64,000 bases of DNA from an uncultured Alphaproteobacteria bacterium (GCA_963720985.1 CAVRHL010000001.1:166994-230993), one strand, 5' to 3'; shown: positions 12,207 to 21,901, counted from the first letter of the stretch. Program-made: numbers and translations. The notes: generated from the letters alone by a model not told the origin.

Positions 12207-12236
12207 AAGCCGGCGGCAATCGTCCGCCGGCTTTTT
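12207..12236 (+). terminator. Rho-independent terminator after IclR
   Basis: AAGCCGGCGG-7 nt loop-CCGCCGGCTT followed by a T run. Confidence 0.8.
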
Positions 12237-12386
12237 CGTTAGGCGCCGCGGCCACTGGATTGCCCGGTAAGGGCGTGTTGGGGCACCGCGGCAAAAGTAT
12301 CGCAAAACGGCGTTGAAATTGATTTTCCTCAAGCGCACCAGGGCCGCGATGCGCGATCTTTCCGCCAAACCGCGTTGGAGGATCGC

Positions 12387-13553
12387 ATGGACGCGCCGGC
12401 CGGGGTCAAGACCAGCAAGGACTTTCCGATTCCGCAGAGCATGAAGGCCTGGGTGCTGGGCGATCCGGGCGAGCTGAAGCTCACCGACAAGCCGGTGCCG
12501 GTGCCCAAGCGCGCCGAAGTGCTGGTGCGCATCGATGCCGCGGCGATCTGCGCCACCGATCTCGAAGTGATCTACCAGGGCCCGCCGGGGCTGATTCAAG
12601 GCGGCCTGCCGTTCAACAAGAATTTCACGCCGGGCCACGAATACATGGGCACGGTGGTGGCGCTCGGCCCCGGCGTCGACGAATACAGCATCGGCCAGCG
12701 CGTCGCCTGCGAGATTCACGCCGGCTGCGGCCAGTGCAAGCGCTGCCGCGAGGGCATGTACACCTCGTGCCACAACTACGGCCTCAATTACGGCGAGCAC
12801 GACAAGGGCCACCGCGCCAACGGCTTCACCACCGACGGCGCGTTCTGCGAATACCAGGTCAACAGCATCAACACGCTGGTCGCGATTCCCCACGACATGT
12901 CGGACGAGGAGGGCGCGCTGGTCGTCACCGCCGGCACGGCGATGTATGCGCTGACCGAACTCGGCGGCCTGGTCGCCGGCGAAAGCGTGGTGGTCAGCGG
13001 TGCCGGGCCGATCGGCCTGATGGTGGTCGCGGTGGCGAAAGCGCTCGGCGCCCAGCCGGTGATCCTCACCGAGATGCGCGACGACCGCATGAACATCGCG
13101 CGCCAGCTCGGCGCCGATGCGACGGTCAATGTCGGTCAGGTGCCGGACGTCGTCGCTGCGGTGAAAGCGCTCAACGGCGGCAATGGCGTCGATTACGTGG
13201 TCGAGTGCTCGGCCGCGAGCAAGGCCGTCAACGACGCCGTGCACATGGTCAATCGCGGCGGCAAGGTCTGTCTTGCCGCCTTCACGCACGAGCCGGCTTT
13301 GGTCGACATCGCGCACATCGTCAGCAACAACATCTACGTCTACGGCATCCGCGGCGAGGGCAAGAGCGCGGTGCACCGCGCCGAGGCCTTCATGCGGCAG
13401 AAGCGCTTCGACGCCACCAAGATCCACACCCATACCTTCCCGCTCGCCGATCTGCCGACCGCGATCCGCTACGCCAAGGACCGCGTCGACGACGCCATCA
13501 AGGTGGTGGTCAAGCCGCGGCTCGACGCCGCGCGCAAGGTGGCGGCGGAATAG
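12387..13553 (+). CDS. Zn-dependent medium-chain alcohol dehydrogenase (threonine/sorbitol dehydrogenase-like)
   Basis: ICATD, PGHEYMG, structural Zn motif CGQCKRC...C and GAGPIG. GGAGG RBS before ATG 12387. Confidence 0.92.
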   Translation: MDAPAGVKTSKDFPIPQSMKAWVLGDPGELKLTDKPVPVPKRAEVLVRIDAAAICATDLEVIYQGPPGLIQGGLPFNKNFTPGHEYMGTVVALGPGVDEYSIGQRVACEIHAGCGQCKRCREGMYTSCHNYGLNYGEHDKGHRANGFTTDGAFCEYQVNSINTLVAIPHDMSDEEGALVVTAGTAMYALTELGGLVAGESVVVSGAGPIGLMVVAVAKALGAQPVILTEMRDDRMNIARQLGADATVNVGQVPDVVAAVKALNGGNGVDYVVECSAASKAVNDAVHMVNRGGKVCLAAFTHEPALVDIAHIVSNNIYVYGIRGEGKSAVHRAEAFMRQKRFDATKIHTHTFPLADLPTAIRYAKDRVDDAIKVVVKPRLDAARKVAAE

Positions 13554-13555
13554 CC

Positions 13556-13581
13556 GGAAACCGACCGCGCCGAAATCCGTT
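13556..13581 (+). promoter_or_regulatory. Candidate EcfG (general stress sigma) promoter for udgX
   Basis: GGAAAC-N16-CGTT ending 21 nt before the ATG. Consensus is GGAAC-N16/17-CGTT, so the -35 is imperfect. Confidence 0.45.
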
Positions 13582-13602
13582 ATCGGTGCAAAGGGCACCG
13601 CC

Positions 13603-14214
13603 ATGGCCGAGATGCCGTCGATCACATCACTGAAAGCGCTGCGCACCGCCGAAGCGGAATGCCGCCGCTGCCCGCTCTACAAGCACGCGACGCAGGTCGT
13701 GCCCGGCGAAGGGCCGGTGCACTCGCGCATCATGCTGGTCGGCGAACAGCCGGGCGATCAGGAAGACAAGCAGGGCCGGCCCTTCGTCGGCCCGGCCGGG
13801 CGCGTGCTGGCGGAGGCCCTGGCCGATGCCGGCATCGACCGCGACACCGTGTTCGTCACCAACGCCGTCAAGCATTTCAAGTTCGAGCCGCGCGGCAAGC
13901 GCCGCCTGCACAAGCGTCCCAACGTCAACGAAATCGAGCGGTGCCATTGGTGGCTCGATTTCGAGCGCCGCATCGTCAAGCCGGCGATCGTCGTCGCGCT
14001 GGGCGCCACCGCGTTGCGCAGCATCTCGGGGCGTCCGCTTGCCATCAACAAGATCCGCGGCCGCGTGCTGCCGGTCGAAGGCGGCCGCATGCTCGCGACC
14101 ATCCACCCCTCGTATATCTTGCGCATCGAGGACGACGCCGACAAACGCGCGCAATACCGAAAATTTGTCGCGGATTTGAAAGCGTGCGCGAACGCTGCGG
14201 CCGACAAGGCCTGA
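13603..14214 (+). CDS. udgX: UdgX-type family-4 uracil-DNA glycosylase / uracil-DNA binding protein
   Basis: CRRCPL Fe-S ligands, GEQPG, PFVGPAG, TNAVKHFKF, R-loop GKRRLHK and HPSY. Confidence 0.9.
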   Translation: MAEMPSITSLKALRTAEAECRRCPLYKHATQVVPGEGPVHSRIMLVGEQPGDQEDKQGRPFVGPAGRVLAEALADAGIDRDTVFVTNAVKHFKFEPRGKRRLHKRPNVNEIERCHWWLDFERRIVKPAIVVALGATALRSISGRPLAINKIRGRVLPVEGGRMLATIHPSYILRIEDDADKRAQYRKFVADLKACANAAADKA

Positions 14215-14234
14215 TTTTCGCCGGGTTCCGTCGC

Positions 14235-14260
14235 GGAACAATTTGCCGGGGGTGGCGGTT
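14235..14260 (+). promoter_or_regulatory. Candidate EcfG promoter for the small acidic protein gene
   Basis: GGAAC-N17-GGTT about 60 nt upstream of ATG 14320. Confidence 0.55.
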
Positions 14261-14319
14261 ATTGTGTCGATAACCGGCCGCCGGAAGGGCGGCCGTTTGG
14301 CAATTTGGAGTGTCCCAAC

Positions 14320-14502
14320 ATGGAACGGCCGAAAATGCAGGTCGACGACGAGCGCAGCCGAATCAAGCGCGACGAAGATCAGGTCGCGGTGAACTCCGAC
14401 GAGAGCTTCCCGGCGAGCGACCCGCCGAGCTGGACGCCGGTGCACGGCGTTGGTTCCGCCGAAAGCAAGAAGAGCAAGAGGAAGCCGGCGAACGCCGCAT
14501 AA
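14320..14502 (+). CDS. Small hypothetical protein with SDESFPASDPPSW motif
   Basis: GGAG RBS. The ESFPASDPPSW motif is recurrent in small bacterial proteins. Confidence 0.75.
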   Translation: MERPKMQVDDERSRIKRDEDQVAVNSDESFPASDPPSWTPVHGVGSAESKKSKRKPANAA

Positions 14503-14533
14503 CTGCGCCGAGAAAATCGAGAAGAAGCAGAAC

Positions 14534-15535
14534 TTAGAAGCTCATTTTGAGCAGCGTCTCGGCGTTGCCGCAGAATAGCTTGCGTTCATCCGCGGGCGAA
14601 AGCCCTAGGCCCTTCACGGTTTTGATGGTCGGCGCGATCGGCCCGAGCGGCGTATCGGTGGCGAACACGACCTTATCCGCGCCGAAAAACTCGTAGCCGC
14701 AACGGGTCGCCGGCACACCGCCGCCGAACATCGCGGTGTCGGCGTAGAAGTCGTGCAGGTAATCCGTGTGCGGCCGCTTGAGGGACGACAGGATTTGCGA
14801 ATAATCCTCGTGCGACGTTCTTTGCCCCAGCACCTTAAGCCCGGGCCCAACCCGTCCGTCGTAATAAGGGATCATGCCGCCGAGATGGTGGGTGATGATC
14901 TTGAGTTTGGGGTAGCGATCGAGCAACCCGTTGAACACCATGCGCACCATGGCGACCGAGGTTTCGTAGGGCCAGTGGAAGCACCACCACATCTCGAAAC
15001 GCGATTTCTTCTCGGCCGGATAGTCCGGCATCGATGCGGTGCCGACCGGATGCAGCCAGATCGGCAGATCGAGCTCGGCCATCAGCTTGAACAGCGGCTC
15101 GAATTTTGGCTGATCGAGCGGCTCGCCGGCAACGTTCGTATAAATTAGCACGCCGCGCGCGCGAAGATCCTTGATGGCGCGCTGCGCTTCCCTGATCGAG
15201 CCGTCGACCTCGGTTAGGCACAGCGCCGCGGCAAAGGACGGAAACCGCTGCGGATATTTGCGGCACAGCTCCGCCATCGAATCGTTGGCGATGCGCGCGA
15301 GTTGAAGCCCGACGTCCGGCTTGGCGATATCCTCGATCGCCGGATTGGGCAGCGAGATGATCTGCCGGTAGTCGCCGAATTCGTCCATTTCCTTGAAACG
15401 GGCGTCGAGATCGAACAGTTTTTTGATGCCGCGCAGCCGTTGCCCGATATTGCTGAGGTTCGGCGCGACCTTGCTCATCTCCTGGAAAAAGCGGTCCGGA
15501 TAGATGTGACAATAAATGTCGATGATCGTGCTCAT
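14534..15535 (-). CDS. Amidohydrolase_2-family protein (ACMSD/aromatic decarboxylase or hydratase-like)
   Basis: IDIYCHIYP, IWLHP, THHLGG, YADTA and FATDTP. ATGA overlap with the ABC permease. Confidence 0.88.
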   Translation of the reverse strand: MSTIIDIYCHIYPDRFFQEMSKVAPNLSNIGQRLRGIKKLFDLDARFKEMDEFGDYRQIISLPNPAIEDIAKPDVGLQLARIANDSMAELCRKYPQRFPSFAAALCLTEVDGSIREAQRAIKDLRARGVLIYTNVAGEPLDQPKFEPLFKLMAELDLPIWLHPVGTASMPDYPAEKKSRFEMWWCFHWPYETSVAMVRMVFNGLLDRYPKLKIITHHLGGMIPYYDGRVGPGLKVLGQRTSHEDYSQILSSLKRPHTDYLHDFYADTAMFGGGVPATRCGYEFFGADKVVFATDTPLGPIAPTIKTVKGLGLSPADERKLFCGNAETLLKMSF

Positions 15536-16551
15536 GGGTGTCCTCCCGATTCATTTTCCAGCACCAGCCGCCGTTGCAGCGGCAACGCCTGCCAGCCGAA
15601 GCGCTCCGCGATCAGGCCCCAGAGCCCCTTCGGCGCCCACAGCATGACCACGATGGCGACCGCGCCCATCATCAGCAAGTAGAGACTGCCGAGATCGGCC
15701 AGCGTCTGGCGCAGCGCGAAGAACACGATGGTGCCGATGATCGGCCCCTCGATGCGACCAATGCCGCCGATCACCGTGATGAAAATCACGAAAGCGGTCC
15801 AGTCGTTAACGCTGAACGCGGTATCCGGCGAGATGCGCAGCTTCATGAGGAAAATCAGCGCGCCGATCATCGCCGTGCCGAAGCCGGTCAGCACGTAGAC
15901 GATAAGCTTGATGCGGGCGACGTCGATGCCGTTGCTCTGCGCCGCCAGCTCGTTGTCGCGGATGGCGGTCAGCGCCAGGCCGTGGCGCGAGCGCAGCAGC
16001 GCGACGATGGCGCCGAGCACGGCGGCGGTCAGCGCCAGCGCCAGCCAATAGATTTCGAATTCGCGGATTTGCCGGCTCGGCGCCATGGCGATCACCGCCG
16101 CGGCCGGCAGGCTGATGCCGGAGCCGCCGCCGAGCACCGAGATTTGCGAGGCCAGCAGGCGGAACACCTCCGCCACCACCCAGGTGCCGATGGCGAAATA
16201 AGCGCCCCGCAGGCGGAAGATCAGCGCCGCGACGGGGACGGCGACCAGCGCGCCGATCGGTCCGGCGATGAAAATCGCCGCGATCGGATGCACGCCGGCA
16301 AGGATCACCAGCGCGAACAGCAGATAACCGCCGAGCCCGACAAAGGCCTGCTGGCCGACCGACACTAGGCCGGCGTAACCGGCGAGCAGATTCCACGAGC
16401 TCGCCAGCGCGACGAAGGTGAAAATCTCGGCGAGCAGGCGCAGCATCGCGCGCTCGCCCCAGAACGGCGCCAGCGCCAGCACGATCAATGCGACTGCGAT
16501 CAGCGTGACGCCAATGCGGCTCGAACGCGTGGCGTGCTCGACGCGCGTCAT
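15532..16551 (-). CDS. HAAT-family ABC transporter permease (LivM-like)
   Basis: WNLLAGYAGLVSVGQ, RLRGAYFAIGT, AIRDNE and IGGIGRIEGP. Confidence 0.92.
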   Translation of the reverse strand: MTRVEHATRSSRIGVTLIAVALIVLALAPFWGERAMLRLLAEIFTFVALASSWNLLAGYAGLVSVGQQAFVGLGGYLLFALVILAGVHPIAAIFIAGPIGALVAVPVAALIFRLRGAYFAIGTWVVAEVFRLLASQISVLGGGSGISLPAAAVIAMAPSRQIREFEIYWLALALTAAVLGAIVALLRSRHGLALTAIRDNELAAQSNGIDVARIKLIVYVLTGFGTAMIGALIFLMKLRISPDTAFSVNDWTAFVIFITVIGGIGRIEGPIIGTIVFFALRQTLADLGSLYLLMMGAVAIVVMLWAPKGLWGLIAERFGWQALPLQRRLVLENESGGHP

Positions 16552-17414
16552 CCCGATACCTTGGGAAACAGGCCCTGCGGGCGCACCGCCAGGATGACGA
16601 GGAACACGATATGGCCGGCGAGCACCTGCCAGCCGGGGTCGATTTGCGCGCCGACCGCCTGCGACACGCCGAGGACGACGCCGCCGATCAGCGTGCCCCA
16701 CATGTTGCCGAGCCCGCCGATGATCACCGCCTCGAAGCCGAAGATCAGCCGCGCCGGGCCGATCGACGGATCGAAATTGGCGCGCACCGCCAGGAATACG
16801 CCGGCGATGGCGACGACGGCAAGCGACAGCGCCATCGCCATGGCGAACACGTGGCGGGTGTCGAGCCCCATCAATTGCGCCACCGCCTGATCATCGGAGG
16901 TGGCGCGGAAGGCGCGGCCGAGCGCGGTGTAATAGAACAGCGCCTGCAATCCGGCGATCACCGCCACCGCGACAGCAAACTGGATGAGCGGCAACACGCC
17001 GACCCACACGCCCTGCAGCGCCTGGAAGGTCTGGATCTCGATGGCGCCAGCCTGCAGCTTGCGGCTGTCGGCGGTGAACCATTCGAGCAGGCCGTTCTGG
17101 ATGATGATCGACAGCCCGAAGGTGACCAGCAGCGGCGGTAGCAAATCGTCGCCCAGCGTGAAATTGAGCAGCCCGCGCTGCAGCGCGTAACCGATGACGG
17201 CCATGATCGGCACCACCAGCAGCAGCGAGACGAGCGGGTCGATGCCGAGCGCCTGCGTCACCACCAACGCGACGTAAGCCGCGAGCACGATCAGGTCGCC
17301 GTGCGCGATGTTCACGAGCCGCATCACGCCGAAGATCAGCGACAGGCCGGCGGCGAACATGGCGTAGAGCCCGCCGATCAGCACGCCTTGCAGGATGACG
17401 TTGAGCCATTGCAT
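16548..17414 (-). CDS. HAAT-family ABC transporter permease (LivH-like)
   Basis: Starts MQWLNVILQG; GLSLIFGVMRLVNIAHG, GRAFRA and IIGGLG. Confidence 0.92.
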   Translation of the reverse strand: MQWLNVILQGVLIGGLYAMFAAGLSLIFGVMRLVNIAHGDLIVLAAYVALVVTQALGIDPLVSLLLVVPIMAVIGYALQRGLLNFTLGDDLLPPLLVTFGLSIIIQNGLLEWFTADSRKLQAGAIEIQTFQALQGVWVGVLPLIQFAVAVAVIAGLQALFYYTALGRAFRATSDDQAVAQLMGLDTRHVFAMAMALSLAVVAIAGVFLAVRANFDPSIGPARLIFGFEAVIIGGLGNMWGTLIGGVVLGVSQAVGAQIDPGWQVLAGHIVFLVILAVRPQGLFPKVSG

Positions 17415-17419
17415 CGCCG

Positions 17420-18124
17420 TCACACCCCGAAATATGCCGCCGAGATCAACTCGCGCGTCAGCTCGTGCGCAGCGCCTTGCAGCGCGATGCGGCCTTCCTG
17501 TAGGCAGTAGACCTGGCGCGCGGCTTCCAGCGCCTGCGCGATGTCCTGCTCGACCACGATCAGCGACAAGCCGTCCGCCACGATTGCCGGCAGTTGCGCG
17601 TAGATGTCGCGCACCACGATCGGCGCCAGGCCGAGGCTGATCTCGTCGCACAGCAACAGGCGCGGGTTCGACATCAGCGCGCGGGCGATTGCCGCCATCT
17701 GTTGTTGCCCGCCGGACAGCGCGGGGGCGGGCAGGCGCCGCCGCTCGGCCAGCACGGGAAAGAGCCGATAGACGCGATCGAGTGTCCACGGGCCGGGGCG
17801 TCGCGATTGGCCGCCGATCAGCAGATTCTCCTCGACCGTCAGCGACGGAAACAATCGCCGGCCTTCCGGCACCAGCGCGATGCCGCGCTTGAGCACGTCG
17901 AACGCCGGCGCACCGCCGGTCGGCTTGCCGTCGAAAAAAATATCGCCGCGGCGCGGCGCCATCATGCCGGCGATGGTTTTCAGCAGCGTACTCTTGCCGG
18001 CGCCGTTGGCGCCGATCACCGCCACCACTTCGCCCGGCTCGACCCGCAGCGAGACGCCGAACAGCGCCTGGAAGTCACCGTAGAAGGCGTCGATGCCGCG
18101 CACCTCGAGCAGTGGGTCAGGCAT
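17420..18124 (-). CDS. ABC transporter ATP-binding protein (LivF-like)
   Basis: GANGAGKST, LSGGQQQ and LLLCDE. Confidence 0.93.
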   Translation of the reverse strand: MPDPLLEVRGIDAFYGDFQALFGVSLRVEPGEVVAVIGANGAGKSTLLKTIAGMMAPRRGDIFFDGKPTGGAPAFDVLKRGIALVPEGRRLFPSLTVEENLLIGGQSRRPGPWTLDRVYRLFPVLAERRRLPAPALSGGQQQMAAIARALMSNPRLLLCDEISLGLAPIVVRDIYAQLPAIVADGLSLIVVEQDIAQALEAARQVYCLQEGRIALQGAAHELTRELISAAYFGV

Positions 18125-18845
18125 CCGCTTCGATCCCCATGTAGATCTCCGCCACCTGCGGGCTCTTGATCACCGCGTGCGGCTCGCCTTCGGCGATGAA
18201 CTTGCCGCCGTGCAGAACCAGCAAGCGATCGACCGTCGCGAGCAACGCGTGCACCACGTGCTCGATCCACACAATCGACACGCCGCCGGCGCGCACGTCC
18301 TTGATCAGCGCCACCAGCGTGGCGCATTCGTGCTCGGTCAAGCCGCCGGCGACCTCGTCGAGCAGCAGCACGCGTGGCTTGGTCGCCAGCGCGCGCGCCA
18401 GCTCGAGGCGCTTGCGGTCGAGCAGCGTCAGACTGCCGGCGCGCCGGTTGGCCTTGTCGGCGAGACCGCAGCGGCTCAGCAACTCCGCGCAAGAATCGTA
18501 AACCGAAGCTTCGCTTGCATTCCCTGCAAAGGCCGCCGCCACCACCACGTTCTCGAACACGGTCATGCCGGAAAATGGCTGCGGGATCTGGAACGAGCGC
18601 GCGATGCCTTTGCGGCAGCGCCGCTCCGGCGGCAGGCGGGTGATATCCTCGCCGGCGTAAACGACGCGTCCGCCGTCGGGTGTCACCGTGCCGGTGGCGA
18701 TGCCGAACAGCGTGGTCTTGCCGGCGCCGTTCGGGCCGATGATGCCGAGCGCCTCGCCCTCGTTGAGCGCGAGGTCGATACCGCCGGCCACCACCACGGC
18801 CCCGAACCGCTTCGAAATATTATCCAGCGTGAGGATCGGGGCCAT
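18117..18845 (-). CDS. ABC transporter ATP-binding protein (LivG-like)
   Basis: Starts MAPILT; [19 protein letters not shown] and IEH. Confidence 0.93.
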   Translation of the reverse strand: MAPILTLDNISKRFGAVVVAGGIDLALNEGEALGIIGPNGAGKTTLFGIATGTVTPDGGRVVYAGEDITRLPPERRCRKGIARSFQIPQPFSGMTVFENVVVAAAFAGNASEASVYDSCAELLSRCGLADKANRRAGSLTLLDRKRLELARALATKPRVLLLDEVAGGLTEHECATLVALIKDVRAGGVSIVWIEHVVHALLATVDRLLVLHGGKFIAEGEPHAVIKSPQVAEIYMGIEADA

Positions 18846-18859
18846 AGGGTTTGGTGCGA

Positions 18860-20137
18860 TCAGGCGATCGGCACCAGTTTGCCGCCGAGCGGAATTTCCG
18901 GCGCGGTCTTGTTCTCGGCGATTACCAGGTCGAACTTGCCGTTCTTGCGCTGCCACTGCCCGGCAACCAGCGGCGTCTTGGTGACATTTTTCACCGGCTG
19001 CCCGGTCCACTGGATGTGGCCGACCATCGACTGGTAGTTGGTGGCGACAATCGAATCCAGCACCGCTTTCGGATCGTGGGGGTCCTTGGCGCGCTTGAGC
19101 ACGTCGATCGCCACCTCGAACAGCGCGTGCTGGAAGCCGATCGGCTGCGTCCACGGCCGATTGGTCGCCTTGGTATAGCCGTCGGTCAATTGCTGCGCGC
19201 TCTGGCCGGTGAGGCCGGACTTGAACGGATGGTGCGGCGTCCACCAGATTTCGCTGGTCAGCCCGTTGCCGCGTTCGCCGAGCGAGTCGATGACCGAGGG
19301 GAACAGCAGCGCCTTGCCGATGGTGACGATCTTCGGCTTGAAGCCCTGCTGCGCCGCCTGCGACCAGAATGTGGCGAAGTCGGGCGGGATCATGTTGCCG
19401 GTGACGATCTCGGCGCCTGCCGCCTTGAACGCCGAAATCTGCGAGGTGAAATCGTTGTTCATCAATTGATAGCGGCCTGGATCGAGCAGCTTGTAGCCGG
19501 CCTTGGCGAGTGCGGGCGGCAGGCCGAGCTTGGCATCGCCCCAGGCATTGCCGTCGGCGTCGTTCGGGAACAGGCCGCCGACCACCTTGTTGGTCGGCAG
19601 TTCGTCCCACAGCACCAAAAACGCGCCGATCACGTCTTCGAGGCCCCAGAAGAAGTGATAAGTCCATGTGAAGCCCTTCTGCGGTTCGCCCTTGCGGCCG
19701 AAGAAATAAGGCTGCCACGGGCAGTTGGTGGTGATGCAGGGCACCTCGTTGACCTCGGCCTGGTCGGCGACCGGGTTGGTGGTGTCGGGCGTCGCCGAGG
19801 CAACGATCAGATTGACCTTGTCGCCGAGGATCAGTTCGGACGCGACTTCCGAGGCGCGGCTGGCGTTCGACTGGCTGTCCTTGGAGATGATCTCGACTTT
19901 GTAGGTCTTGCCGCCGCTTTGCAGCCCTTTGCTCAAGATGCCGCGCACCTGATCGAGGATATAACCGTCGGCCTCGCCGAAGCCGGCGAGCGGCCCGGTC
20001 TTCGGACTGACATGGCCGATCTTGATCACCTGCGATTGCGCGTTCGCCGGAATGGCACGGAGAACCGCCGGCGCGGCCAAGGCACCGAGGCCGGTCTTGA
20101 CCAGAGTGCGACGTGAGATCGTCTTGCTGTCGGTCAT
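18860..20137 (-). CDS. HAAT-family ABC substrate-binding protein, Tat-exported
   Basis: GGAGGAG RBS, SRRTLVK Tat motif and IKIGHVSPKTGPLAGFG. Confidence 0.92.
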   Translation of the reverse strand: MTDSKTISRRTLVKTGLGALAAPAVLRAIPANAQSQVIKIGHVSPKTGPLAGFGEADGYILDQVRGILSKGLQSGGKTYKVEIISKDSQSNASRASEVASELILGDKVNLIVASATPDTTNPVADQAEVNEVPCITTNCPWQPYFFGRKGEPQKGFTWTYHFFWGLEDVIGAFLVLWDELPTNKVVGGLFPNDADGNAWGDAKLGLPPALAKAGYKLLDPGRYQLMNNDFTSQISAFKAAGAEIVTGNMIPPDFATFWSQAAQQGFKPKIVTIGKALLFPSVIDSLGERGNGLTSEIWWTPHHPFKSGLTGQSAQQLTDGYTKATNRPWTQPIGFQHALFEVAIDVLKRAKDPHDPKAVLDSIVATNYQSMVGHIQWTGQPVKNVTKTPLVAGQWQRKNGKFDLVIAENKTAPEIPLGGKLVPIA

Positions 20138-20157
20138 CGTCTCCTCCTTTGCGCGGT

Positions 20158-21066
20158 TTATCTGTCCTGGGCGCGCGCTCTCTTGAGATGCTGCAACACT
20201 TTCAAACGCAGTGCCTGCTGCTGCGCAGGGCTCCACTTGCGGAAGCCCTCGCCGGACTTGAAGCCGAGCTTGCCGGCCTTCACCAGTTTTTTCAGATAAG
20301 GCGACGGGCCCGGCCGGCTGTCGATGTCGCGCAGCACAAACTTGTGGATCGCCAGCGTCAGATCGGTGCCGACCATGTCGGCATTTTCCAAGGGGCCTAG
20401 CGCCGCCAGCCGGCGGCCGAACGACGCCTTGATGACGTTGTCGACGGTCTCGGCGTCGCAGATGCCTTGCTCGATGAGCGCGATGGCCTCGCGCCATAGT
20501 GCGTGCTGCAAGCGATTGCCGATGAAGCCCGGCACGTCCTTCTTCACGTGCGCCGGTTTCTTGCCGGCGGCGGCGTGCAATTTCATGGTGAAGTCGATGG
20601 CGGCCGGGCTCGTCCATTGCGTCTCGATCACCTCGACCAGCGGCACCAGGAACGGCGGGTTCCACCAATGGGTGCCGAGCGCGCGGTCGCGCCGCTTGAG
20701 GCCTTTCATGATCTTGGTGATCGGGATGACCGAGGTGTTGCTGGCGAGGATGGTGTCCGGCCGCACGTGTTTCTCGATCTCGGCGAATAGTTTCTGTTTG
20801 AGCGGCAGGTCTTCCAGCACGGCCTCGACCACGTAATCGGCCTCGCGCACGGCGGCCGCCAGATGAGGCACCGGCGTGACGCGCTCGACCGCGCGCTGAT
20901 CGTCGCCGAGGTCTTTCAAATTCGTGAGGATGCGTGTCTTGGCGCTGTCGAGGCTCGCCATCACCGAATCAAAGATCGTCACCTCATGGCCGGCGAGCGC
21001 GAACACCTGGGCGATGCCGTGGCCCATCAGGCCGGCGCCGATCACCGCGATGCGCGCCTTAGCCAT
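20158..21066 (-). CDS. 3-hydroxyacyl-CoA dehydrogenase-family protein (candidate 3-hydroxy-5-oxohexanoate dehydrogenase)
   Basis: GAGLMG, VEAVLE, ASNTS, THWWNPP and GFIGNRLQ. The specific role is inferred from gene context. Confidence 0.88.
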   Translation of the reverse strand: MAKARIAVIGAGLMGHGIAQVFALAGHEVTIFDSVMASLDSAKTRILTNLKDLGDDQRAVERVTPVPHLAAAVREADYVVEAVLEDLPLKQKLFAEIEKHVRPDTILASNTSVIPITKIMKGLKRRDRALGTHWWNPPFLVPLVEVIETQWTSPAAIDFTMKLHAAAGKKPAHVKKDVPGFIGNRLQHALWREAIALIEQGICDAETVDNVIKASFGRRLAALGPLENADMVGTDLTLAIHKFVLRDIDSRPGPSPYLKKLVKAGKLGFKSGEGFRKWSPAQQQALRLKVLQHLKRARAQDR

Positions 21067-21069
21067 GAT

Positions 21070-21873
21070 TTACCCCGCCGTATAGCCGCCGTCGGCGTAG
21101 AGGATGTGGCCGGTGTAGAAGTCCGACGCTTTCGAAGCGAGGAACAGCAGCGGCCCGGCGAGGTCTTCCGGTTCGCCCAGCCGGCCTTTCGGCACCCGCG
21201 CCAGGAAACCCTTGCGCACAAACTGCGCCCGCTCGGTGTCCTCGTACATCCAGGCGGTAAGTGGCGACCGGAAAACCGTCGGCCCCAGCGCGTTGACGGT
21301 GATGCCTTGTTCGCCCCATTCGCAGCCGAGCGCCTTAGTGATGCCGTCGACCGCAGACTTCGACGCGCAATAAGCGGTGTAGCCGGCCGGATGGCCGAGC
21401 AACCCGCGCGCCGACGAGGTGAGGATCACCTTGCCGCCCTGACCCTGCTTGAGCATCTGCTTGCCGGCGGCGCGCGCCATCAGCCAGGACTGGGTGACAT
21501 TGGCGTCCATCACGTCGAGAAATTCCTGCGGCTTGAGGTCGACGATCTTGGCCACCTTGTTGAGGCCGGAGGCGACCACCAGGATGTCGAGCCGGCCGAA
21601 GGTGTCGACTGCCGCCTTGACGATCTTGTCGCAGCTTTCTTCCGAGCTCGGGCGCAACGCGACGATTTCGGTCTTGCCGCCGAGCTCGGCGCATTCGGCC
21701 GCGACCTTTTTCAGTTCGTCCTGCTTGCTGCCCGCCAGCACGACGTTGGCGCCGGCGCCAGCCAAAGTCTTGGCCGCCAGCGCGCCGAACGCGCCCGACG
21801 CGCCGGTGACGACGGCGGTCTTGCCCTTCACGTCGAACAAAGCGAGCGGATTCTTCAGGAAAGCTTCGGACAT
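21070..21873 (-). CDS. SDR oxidoreductase, phloroglucinol reductase-like
   Basis: TGASGAFG, GGKVILTSSAR, GYTAYCASK, PTVFRSPLTAWM and GRLGEPED. The SDR family call is firm; the PGR-like call is from recalled motif similarity. Confidence 0.85.
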   Translation of the reverse strand: MSEAFLKNPLALFDVKGKTAVVTGASGAFGALAAKTLAGAGANVVLAGSKQDELKKVAAECAELGGKTEIVALRPSSEESCDKIVKAAVDTFGRLDILVVASGLNKVAKIVDLKPQEFLDVMDANVTQSWLMARAAGKQMLKQGQGGKVILTSSARGLLGHPAGYTAYCASKSAVDGITKALGCEWGEQGITVNALGPTVFRSPLTAWMYEDTERAQFVRKGFLARVPKGRLGEPEDLAGPLLFLASKASDFYTGHILYADGGYTAG

Positions 21874-21901
21874 TTGACGCTCCTCACACAACTTTTTTCT
21901 T

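Noticed and set aside
15532-20137. livKHMGF branched-chain amino-acid uptake annotation
   Set aside because: Family match only; the Tat-exported binding protein and catabolic context argue for another substrate, so no liv symbols were given.
20158-21066. Fatty-acid beta-oxidation or vitamin B6 degradation role for the 3-hydroxyacyl-CoA dehydrogenase homolog
   Set aside because: No acyl-CoA ligase, hydratase, thiolase or pyridoxine-pathway oxidase/oxygenase in the cluster; the cyclase + SDR context fits better. Not formally excluded.
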